Program-made: the position numbers and the translations under genes | Notes under the pieces: generated by a model | Database searches by the model: none | What the model was told of the DNA's origin: nothing | What the model saw: only the letters and a program-made list of their open reading frames with translations | Origin: a virus | DNA: 64,000 bases | Direction: 5' to 3' (one strand) | Virus record (IMG/VR): IMGVR_UViG_3300037847_004938 | Location: 2,627-66,626 of that record | Part shown: positions 49,648 through 56,387 of the stretch, piece by piece | How the letters are laid out: the number at the start of each line of letters is the position of its first letter | Position numbering within the stretch: the stretch's first letter is position 1

Positions 49648-50105
49648 ATTACCATGTATTTAGTTTTTCCATCTTCTTTATATGCCTTCAAACATCTATT
49701 TCTGTTTTTTTGTGCATCTACATATGAAACGTGAACCCAAGCTGGGTTTTGATCCGTTCCAAATTCCCAAATCATTTGATCATAATCAAGATTTGCTTTT
49801 ATCCAATCAAACATTGCCGCATTAGAAGCGTGACCATAAACATCATCTATATCTATCGCTTGACCTTTACAATGCTGAGATTTTGTAGAACCTCCTATAG
49901 CTTTGTTAAGTTCTGGCGATCTATAAAAAGAATTAATCTTTATAGGTCCGCCCACCCAATCCCTCAAAGGTTGAAAAATCATTTCTGCTACAGTCATCAT
50001 GTTTCCAAGATGTTCATCCGTAGGGGTGTTGTCTATCCCTCTCCTCTTTGCTGTTTCAGAGTGGATAGCTTCATTATACGATACATTTTTTGATAACTTA
50101 TCCAT
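49644..50105 (-). CDS. Endolysin, peptidase M15 family (Zn)
   Basis: SFYRSPELNKAIGG...SQHCKGQAID...DQMIWE...WVHVSY; start moved to ATG 50105. Confidence 0.9.
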   Translation of the reverse strand: MDKLSKNVSYNEAIHSETAKRRGIDNTPTDEHLGNMMTVAEMIFQPLRDWVGGPIKINSFYRSPELNKAIGGSTKSQHCKGQAIDIDDVYGHASNAAMFDWIKANLDYDQMIWEFGTDQNPAWVHVSYVDAQKNRNRCLKAYKEDGKTKYMVI

Positions 50106-50107
50106 TA

Positions 50108-50149
50108 TCAACATCCATTACAAAATGGGCAATTAAAATCACATTCCAT
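50108..50149 (-). CDS. 13-aa Cys-rich micro-peptide MECDFNCPFCNGC
   Basis: Translated by hand. It exactly fills the gap between the upstream stop (50154) and the endolysin ATG, and has an A-rich leader. Confidence 0.5.
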   Translation of the reverse strand: MECDFNCPFCNGC

Positions 50150-50153
50150 ATTT

Positions 50154-50294
50154 TTATTTTTTAAGTGCTCGTTTTACTGCTTTAGCTTTCGCTTTTATCT
50201 TATTAGCTTTAGCTATTATTATATCATCCACGGTAGTTTTACTCCATAATAAAACCCACATGTCTTTCCAATATTCTTTAGTTAATTTCCACAT
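50154..50294 (-). CDS. 46-aa Trp-rich cationic amphipathic peptide
   Basis: Translated by hand: MWKLTKEYWKDMWVLLWSKTTVDDIIIAKANKIKAKAKAVKRALKK. Starts 1 nt after the beta-barrel stop. Confidence 0.7.
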   Translation of the reverse strand: MWKLTKEYWKDMWVLLWSKTTVDDIIIAKANKIKAKAKAVKRALKK

Positions 50295-50295
50295 A

Positions 50296-51585
50296 CTATC
50301 TTAATGTTATATTTAATCCAAAATTAGTTTGAAATAGTTCTGACTCCCAGAACTTTGTATATTCTCCCTCTACAAATATACCAAAGCTTTTGCTTACTTT
50401 CCAGCCGAACATTAATCCAGCTTGATAGTCTGACCACTGCTCTGGCGTTGAATCTTTTCTTAAACCTCCTTTACCCCAATTATTTCTATTAAGATAATTA
50501 AAATCATCATCTCCTTTTAAATACTTGTGGTAAGGTAAAATCCAATTTCCATAAGCATGAAGCCAAAAATTTCTTTTATAATGATAAAAATCAAAACCTG
50601 CTATAGGTGCAATCTCTGCGTACGGATCAAGAGTGTCAAATATTTCTTGATTGTATCTATTCATCAAATCTCCAAACACTTCATCTCGAAATTGTAAGTC
50701 TGAATAAGCTACAATATTACCCTGTTCATCTCTCCATATCCAATCATACATTGTGTTTCCTGTACTTATATCTGTATAAGAAGTAAAGTGATCACTATAA
50801 CCGTATTCGTATCCAAGACTGTACCAAGGGTTTGCAGTATATTCATTACCAAAATCATCTACCGCTATTTCATTCAGCCATATTTCAATTGGGTTATATC
50901 CATAAGCTTTTTGATGTGTACGATATATAGCGCCTGCAGATATACTAAACTTCTTACCTATAGGTAATCTAGCTCTAACTTCTCCAGACAAGTATTCGAA
51001 ACCCACATTTCCAGACTCTCTGTTCTCAAATTTTACAATATGGTACTTACCTGTGTGTCTTACAAAAACTCTTTTATTGTTAAACTCATCACCATCTCTT
51101 CTTTCCTTTTCCCAGTGTAATAAATATTCTAAACCTTTGACTGCTGCAGTAGGTGCAGATAAACCAACATTACTTTCAGTTCCGTTGTAAAAGTTGTTTT
51201 CTTTAATTTCATATCCAAACCTTGCTAACTTTCTAATTCCTATTCCATATCTGTAATCAAATGGATGATAAACTGTTTGGTCTATTACCTCTGGTATTGC
51301 ATATAAATCATCTGGGTCAGTTCTTACAAAATACTCTGAATTTTCTATTTTTGCGTTTCCTACATTACCTGCTGCGTAAAATGTTCCATACTTAAGAAAA
51401 TCATCGTATAGCTGATTAAAAAAGCTCTTTGCTTTATATTTTTTTACAATCTTGTTTTCTAATTTTTTATCTGTGTCAATAACTTGAGCTGTTAAAGTTG
51501 AGCCAAATATCATAATCATAAAAAACACTACTAAAAATAATAATGCTTTTGAAGTAAACTTTTCTGTGGTTTCTTTTCTATTCAT
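50296..51585 (-). CDS. Secreted putative outer-membrane beta-barrel protein
   Basis: Signal peptide ...GSTLTA|Q; alternating aromatic beta strands; C-terminal SFGIFVEGEY.K.W...NFGLNITLR. Confidence 0.6.
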   Translation of the reverse strand: MNRKETTEKFTSKALLFLVVFFMIMIFGSTLTAQVIDTDKKLENKIVKKYKAKSFFNQLYDDFLKYGTFYAAGNVGNAKIENSEYFVRTDPDDLYAIPEVIDQTVYHPFDYRYGIGIRKLARFGYEIKENNFYNGTESNVGLSAPTAAVKGLEYLLHWEKERRDGDEFNNKRVFVRHTGKYHIVKFENRESGNVGFEYLSGEVRARLPIGKKFSISAGAIYRTHQKAYGYNPIEIWLNEIAVDDFGNEYTANPWYSLGYEYGYSDHFTSYTDISTGNTMYDWIWRDEQGNIVAYSDLQFRDEVFGDLMNRYNQEIFDTLDPYAEIAPIAGFDFYHYKRNFWLHAYGNWILPYHKYLKGDDDFNYLNRNNWGKGGLRKDSTPEQWSDYQAGLMFGWKVSKSFGIFVEGEYTKFWESELFQTNFGLNITLR

Positions 51586-51586
51586 A

Positions 51587-51931
51587 TTAAAACTTGCTTT
51601 CTATTATTTCATCAATTTCTTTTTCTAGAAGATCTACTGTATCTTCTGGTAACTTAAGTGATATACCACTTTCTATTCTAATAACCTCTTCTCCATCATT
51701 ATATAATATAATTGTTGGGAGGTATTTAATTTTTTCTTTCTCAAACACTTCTTTTTTTTCTACTATAGAAAAAGTATAAATGTTATAATCATCAAATATT
51801 TTTAGAGATATTTCTGCCTCTTTAGTAAAAGGAGCGCTGAATTGAACTATTGATATTTCGTCTTTAAAACTCTGACCAAAAGCATTAGAGGTTAGAATTA
51901 AAAAAACAATAATATTAATTAAGGATTTCAT
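51587..51931 (-). CDS. Secreted thioredoxin-fold protein lacking CxxC (copy 1)
   Basis: Signal peptide ...SNAFG|Q; ISIVQFSAPF...IKYLPTIILYNDGEEV. Confidence 0.6.
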   Translation of the reverse strand: MKSLINIIVFLILTSNAFGQSFKDEISIVQFSAPFTKEAEISLKIFDDYNIYTFSIVEKKEVFEKEKIKYLPTIILYNDGEEVIRIESGISLKLPEDTVDLLEKEIDEIIESKF

Positions 51932-52233
51932 CTCTGTTTGCTTATTTCATAGAGCCTTTCATCCATTTTTTTCAATTGTTCTTTTATTTCACCAACATCC
52001 TCTTTTACAGAATTAACGTCTAATTCAATTTTTTCTACTGTACTTCTGACTAATTCGTCTTTATATTGAAACTCGATTGAGCTTACTTCAGGTTCTGGCA
52101 ACTCCCTAGCTTCTTGAATTTGAGCTTGAAGGGTAAAGTATGTTCCTGCAAGCATTACCGCTCCAGCTATTAACATACCTATTGTTTTTAAATCTAATTG
52201 TACATTCGTGTTTTCACTAATTTTTGTCGCCAT
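51928..52233 (-). CDS. Membrane-anchored coiled-coil protein (copy 1)
   Basis: MATKISENTNVQLDLKTIGML...TM...EFQYKDELVRST; start moved to 52233 by alignment with its paralogue. Confidence 0.7.
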   Translation of the reverse strand: MATKISENTNVQLDLKTIGMLIAGAVMLAGTYFTLQAQIQEARELPEPEVSSIEFQYKDELVRSTVEKIELDVNSVKEDVGEIKEQLKKMDERLYEISKQR

Positions 52234-52234
52234 G

Positions 52235-52480
52235 TTATTTCTTTTTTCCTCCACCTCTAGCTCTATTGGATTTTTGTCTTTCTAATACCAACCTGCCACT
52301 TCGGTGTGAGCAATCTAACTTGTCACCTTTTCGTGACTTTTTGTTTTTCCTATTAAATAAATTACATTCGACTCTTTTTCGCACAGCTTCTTTTTTCTTC
52401 TGTGCTTTAGCACTTGATTTTCTGTGCTTTTTTCGAGCTTCAGGGTTATCTCTGTAATATTTAGCTGTTCTACTTAACAT
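52235..52480 (-). CDS. Small basic protein with a degenerate HNH-like motif
   Basis: GDKLDCSH...SNRAR. Confidence 0.5.
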   Translation of the reverse strand: MLSRTAKYYRDNPEARKKHRKSSAKAQKKKEAVRKRVECNLFNRKNKKSRKGDKLDCSHRSGRLVLERQKSNRARGGGKKK

Positions 52481-52488
52481 AGCTTCCT

Positions 52489-52641
52489 TTATTTATAAGG
52501 AAACATCCTGTTAAGTGAATCTCTACGTTCTGCACAGCCACAGTCTTTTCCCATTTTTTTTGAAATAGTGTCTACAACTTTCTTAACTCCAGTTGCAGTT
52601 GTAACTTTTTCAATAGTATCTCCTAAACCTCTACTTTTCAT
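52489..52641 (-). CDS. 50-aa basic protein (MKSRGLGDTIEKVT...DCGCAERRDSLN)
   Basis: Translated by hand; GLGD...CGC..R...LN motif common in phages. Confidence 0.75.
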   Translation of the reverse strand: MKSRGLGDTIEKVTTATGVKKVVDTISKKMGKDCGCAERRDSLNRMFPYK

Positions 52642-52645
52642 AATG

Positions 52646-52653
52646 CAAATTTA
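52646..52653 (-). promoter_or_regulatory. Bacteroidota -7 promoter element (TAAATTTG), 4 nt from an ATG
   Basis: TAAATTTG-CATT-ATG. Confidence 0.5.
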
Positions 52654-52667
52654 ATAAAAATATGATA

Positions 52668-52958
52668 TTAATATTTACCTTGCCTGCTCTTTGGCGAAGA
52701 CTTTGTAGAGCCTCCTTTTCCTGCCCAAAGCTTTTTACAAGCCCAATATCTTGCACTCAATTTATTTGTAGCAGATGAACATTTATGTCTTGCTTTGAAT
52801 GATTTTCTTGCTTTGTCTGAATAGTTATGTCCATAACCTTTTGCTCCGAAATGAATTATCTTTTCTTTTCCGTTTGCACAAGCCTTAACCATCTTTTTTT
52901 TGCCCGCTCTATCACTAGGACGAACAACGTTACATTTCATTTTTGCCTTGTCTGCCAT
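52668..52958 (-). CDS. Small basic protein (HFGAKGY...SFKARH...SARYWAC family)
   Basis: Motif recalled from marine phage and large-virus proteins of unknown function. Confidence 0.7.
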   Translation of the reverse strand: MADKAKMKCNVVRPSDRAGKKKMVKACANGKEKIIHFGAKGYGHNYSDKARKSFKARHKCSSATNKLSARYWACKKLWAGKGGSTKSSPKSRQGKY

Positions 52959-53215
52959 TACGATACTCTTATTTTAACTACACTTCCTGTTCTGTATAAA
53001 CCATTTACTGGTACATTTCCTGCTGCAGCAGCTGTATCATCAGCATAATCAGCTAATCCAGTTATAGATGGTGAAGCAAACATAAAAGACTCTAAAGCTG
53101 CAACGGTATAGTTTTTTGTTTTACCACCATCAGCACCAGATGATCCGTCTGTTCCAATTAACTTATCTGCTGCTTCTACAGTTCCGTCATTGTTATATGT
53201 ACTAATTTTTGCCAT
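52958..53215 (-). CDS. Short virion fibre / decoration protein
   Basis: Shares its N-terminus with 47658..48365; ADDTAAAAG.V..NGLYRT motif. Confidence 0.55.
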   Translation of the reverse strand: MAKISTYNNDGTVEAADKLIGTDGSSGADGGKTKNYTVAALESFMFASPSITGLADYADDTAAAAGNVPVNGLYRTGSVVKIRVS

Positions 53216-53221
53216 AATTAT

Positions 53222-53473
53222 CTATTTAGTATAATTTTTTGTTACTTTTCCAGCTTTAGTGTTACTAACCACTGTTTTACCTTTTCTGCCTTCTCTTTTC
53301 TTTTTTCTGGCAGTTTTAGCTCTTTCTGCTTTAGACATTGACCTAGCCTTTGCTAACGGCAAACATCTGTCGGGGTTCTTTTTATCTTTACTAGTTCCAC
53401 ATGCTCCTTTTATAGAACCATCAGAACCTATACGAACCCACTTTTGATCTCGCCATTTTTTTAGCTCGCCCAT
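53222..53473 (-). CDS. Small basic protein
   Basis: LKKW..QKWV...CG...RCLP..KA..MS..ER motif. Confidence 0.7.
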   Translation of the reverse strand: MGELKKWRDQKWVRIGSDGSIKGACGTSKDKKNPDRCLPLAKARSMSKAERAKTARKKKREGRKGKTVVSNTKAGKVTKNYTK

Positions 53474-53559
53474 TATCCTTTTTTCTTTTTTCCTTTTTTC
53501 TTTTTTTTCTTCATGACCTTTTTCTTCTTAGGTCCGTATGTTGCGCTTCCGTATGGCAT
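53473..53559 (-). CDS. 28-aa poly-Lys peptide MPYGSATYGPKKKKVMKKKKKKGKKKKG
   Basis: Translated by hand; TAATG coupling to the next gene and an AT-rich leader. Confidence 0.6.
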   Translation of the reverse strand: MPYGSATYGPKKKKVMKKKKKKGKKKKG

Positions 53560-53583
53560 AATTTCTAATTTTTAATATTAAAC

Positions 53584-53745
53584 TTACTTTTTCTTTTTAC
53601 TGCCCTTAGCGTAATTAGGGTCTTTGCAATATTTACTAGCCGCCATGTTTGCATACGCAGACGGATATGTATCAAAAGTTCTTTTTGCCCAGGCTATACC
53701 AGCTGCACAAATCTTATTGCCTTTTTTCTTTTTTTCCTTTGCCAT
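53584..53745 (-). CDS. 53-aa basic protein (C..G..WAK..F..YPSAYAN...SKYC)
   Basis: Translated by hand; PSAYA-type motif; starts 2 nt after the upstream stop. Confidence 0.75.
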   Translation of the reverse strand: MAKEKKKKGNKICAAGIAWAKRTFDTYPSAYANMAASKYCKDPNYAKGSKKKK

Positions 53746-53747
53746 AA

Positions 53748-54644
53748 TTAAAATGTTGTTTTTACTCTTTCTGGATATGTTCTTCCATAAGGAGTGTTAA
53801 ACCTGTTTTGAAATTTTTTATAGCTTGTGTTCTGACCTCCAGCTACAACACTTCTAGTTTTCATAAAAGAAATGTTTCTTGCATTATATAAGCCTCCTGT
53901 ATTTTGGTTGCCCATTGTTATATTAGCTTTTTTATTGGATTGATTCAGTTTTGCCTGTGTATCAAAGTTTTTGTATGACTGAAATATAGGATTTGCAAAA
54001 GTTGTTGGTTTACCACCATAATGCAAGCCTGTTCCTATTTGTCTGTTGCTCTTTCTGTTTTGTATAGCTCCTTTAAAATAAGATTTTTGTCTTACGTTAG
54101 CGGCTTTACCACCAATTCTGCTTGCTATCTTTTCTACTTTTTCAGTGTATTTCTTTCCTACTTTAGTAGCTTTCGTTTGTAGCCTTGTTAGTTTCTTTTG
54201 ACTTACTGAGCCTGGATTCATAACGGCAGACAAGTATTTGCCATACGCTTTTTGTACTTTAGGAGTAAACCTGCTTGTAACTTTTCCTATTTTCTTTTCA
54301 CCTTTAGCTATAAGTTTTTCAGATTTTACATAGCCTTTTTGAATTGTTTTAAAACTTTTTCCATAATGTTTTAATCCTTTATTTACAGCAGTTAGATGTT
54401 TTTGATTCATTACTACACCTGTACCGCTCTGTCTTCTTCGTGATTGGGCTGTATTATTAGTTCTTAGATAGTAACCTCCTTGTCCAGAAGCAAAGTTTCT
54501 TCTGACTTGTTGATTTGCTTCATTTAACCTTACACCTTGGTTGTGAAAACTAGTAGGTAAAGCAGGATTTATAAAAGCTTGATTTCTTCTAATGAAGTTT
54601 TTACTTAGTCCTGTATTTCGAAATGGACTTTTACCGTTTGACAT
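53748..54644 (-). CDS. Highly basic, acid-poor protein (start moved to ATG 54644)
   Basis: K/R/N/Q/G-rich with very few D/E. The listed TTG start overlaps a promoter element. Confidence 0.65.
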   Translation of the reverse strand: MSNGKSPFRNTGLSKNFIRRNQAFINPALPTSFHNQGVRLNEANQQVRRNFASGQGGYYLRTNNTAQSRRRQSGTGVVMNQKHLTAVNKGLKHYGKSFKTIQKGYVKSEKLIAKGEKKIGKVTSRFTPKVQKAYGKYLSAVMNPGSVSQKKLTRLQTKATKVGKKYTEKVEKIASRIGGKAANVRQKSYFKGAIQNRKSNRQIGTGLHYGGKPTTFANPIFQSYKNFDTQAKLNQSNKKANITMGNQNTGGLYNARNISFMKTRSVVAGGQNTSYKKFQNRFNTPYGRTYPERVKTTF

Positions 54645-54674
54645 ACCTTTAAATTTTTTTCGTTTATTTTGTAA

Positions 54675-54682
54675 CAAAGATA
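54675..54682 (-). promoter_or_regulatory. Bacteroidota -7 promoter element (TATCTTTG)
   Basis: Located in the divergent intergenic gap. Confidence 0.55.
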
Positions 54683-54695
54683 AATAAAAATAACA

Positions 54696-55175
54696 TTGAA
54701 TATTTTGGATAAAAAAGATGTAAATCTAAACAAACGCGGAAAGCCACGATTACAACCAAGAGAAAGAAAATACAACTTTTTAAAGTATTTGAGGGTAGTA
54801 AAATATTATATCCGTAAAAAGTATAACATTACTTCTTCTGAATTAGATATGCTTCTTTATTTGTATGATGTTCCTTTTTTTAGAAAAGATGAATTCAATT
54901 ACTATGAAAACTCTATGTCTTGGGATAAAAGAAGATTTTATAGAATGGTGCAAGAGGGTTATATCAAAGAGTGGAGATCTGGAGGCACAAAGCTTGGTAA
55001 AAGTAAACTTTATGAATTGACACAGAAATCTAAAACAATTTGTTCTAACATGTACAAAAAGCTTATGAAGGAAGAATTAATATCAGAGGACCCTAGATCA
55101 AATCCAATATTTAAAAAACAAACGTATACTGACAAAATTTATAAAAACATTATAGAAAAAATGAACTCTAAATAG
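54696..55175 (+). CDS. MarR-like winged-helix protein
   Basis: KYNITSSELDMLLYLY...RMVQEGYI...YELTQKSK; the only plausible + strand gene in the late region. Confidence 0.55.
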   Translation: MNILDKKDVNLNKRGKPRLQPRERKYNFLKYLRVVKYYIRKKYNITSSELDMLLYLYDVPFFRKDEFNYYENSMSWDKRRFYRMVQEGYIKEWRSGGTKLGKSKLYELTQKSKTICSNMYKKLMKEELISEDPRSNPIFKKQTYTDKIYKNIIEKMNSK

Positions 55176-55914
55176 CATCTTCATATTTTTTGACTGCTTT
55201 CTTTAAAATACTATAGTCTCTGATTGATGTTAATTTTTTAAGTTGTCTCATTCTGACTCTGTTTCCACCCTCCGTGAGTTCATCTATAGCTTCAATAGCT
55301 TTAGATATTAAATTTGTTTCTTTTATAATTACATTTAAATCCTGAATTTTTTGAATTACATTATCGTCAAAATACCACTTAACCATATATCTTGATGTTT
55401 TTGCAACCTCTGCCACTTTACTTATAGTAATTTTTATATTATCCTGCCATAGTTCTTGCACTATGTTATCTAAGTATTGTTTTGCTGGTCTTTGTTTACT
55501 GCTTATAAGATTTCCTACTATTTTCATTTTCTCTTTTCTATCTATTCTTTTAGAAGGATTAAATATGATTTTTCTTTTTCTAGCGCAATAAGGAACTTTA
55601 TTTTGCTCTGATACCACTAAAACCATGTTTTCAACTCTTACCTTGCCATAGGTTCTAATAATGTGGCCATTACTTCTGTCTGATAAATCTAAAAAAAGCT
55701 TTATCATTAATGGTATATCAAAGTCAGGGTTGAGGTATATAAACTTTTCAGCTATATATTGAAGCTCTTTAAACGAATTTATCTTTCGTGTAGTTCTATA
55801 TAGCCTGTAATAATTAACACCTTTTGGAAAAAACAAGTAATCTTTACCGTCAAAGCGGAAATAAGACTCCATGATAATCCTGTGTTTGTTGTAATCAAAT
55901 AACGGAATTAACAT
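55168..55914 (-). CDS. Hypothetical protein with C-terminal HTH
   Basis: KITISKVAEVAKTSRYMVKWYF. Confidence 0.55.
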   Translation of the reverse strand: MLIPLFDYNKHRIIMESYFRFDGKDYLFFPKGVNYYRLYRTTRKINSFKELQYIAEKFIYLNPDFDIPLMIKLFLDLSDRSNGHIIRTYGKVRVENMVLVVSEQNKVPYCARKRKIIFNPSKRIDRKEKMKIVGNLISSKQRPAKQYLDNIVQELWQDNIKITISKVAEVAKTSRYMVKWYFDDNVIQKIQDLNVIIKETNLISKAIEAIDELTEGGNRVRMRQLKKLTSIRDYSILKKAVKKYEDAI

Positions 55915-56173
55915 CTTTCATGGTTACTACAACGTCTTGTTCTCGTATAGCTTTGTATTTCTCACCTTTTACTCTTAGGTCAGAACCAGCTACCTTATCA
56001 AAATAAACAAAACTACCTGGCTCTACTTCTTTTACTAAGTCGCCTACAGTTATTACTTCGCCAATTATATATCTAATGTTTAAATCTGATTGTTCTGTAA
56101 TAATTAGTCCTAATTCATTTTTTTGAACTACCTCGTCATCTTTAATAATTATAAAGTTTCCTACTGCTTTCAT
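55895..56173 (-). CDS. groES: Co-chaperonin GroES
   Basis: Mobile loop ELGLII, GEVITVG, V.PG..VYF, YKAIREQDVV. Confidence 0.85.
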   Translation of the reverse strand: MKAVGNFIIIKDDEVVQKNELGLIITEQSDLNIRYIIGEVITVGDLVKEVEPGSFVYFDKVAGSDLRVKGEKYKAIREQDVVVTMKDVNSVI

Positions 56174-56385
56174 TAGGTTTGTGGTAATTTTGGTGCCCTA
56201 TTATAATTTACATTAGGTTTCTTTTCATCATCAACATTCCATTTGGTAATTACCTGACCTTCTAGGTCTATTACAGTATATCCTTGTTTTGCTAAAAGCT
56301 TTATCGCTTTATTGATTTCTTTTGCTTGTTCCCTAAAATGACTGAAAATTTGATTTTCAAAAGGGTGGTGATCATGTATTGCCAT
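56173..56385 (-). CDS. Hypothetical protein between groEL and groES
   Basis: Coupled to both neighbours. Confidence 0.65.
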   Translation of the reverse strand: MAIHDHHPFENQIFSHFREQAKEINKAIKLLAKQGYTVIDLEGQVITKWNVDDEKKPNVNYNRAPKLPQT

Positions 56386-56387
56386 AA

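Noticed and set aside
52958-53473. In-frame TAG between the 83-aa and 85-aa ORFs as readthrough
   Set aside because: The downstream ORF has its own paralogue-supported N-terminus, and in-frame spacing occurs one time in three by chance.
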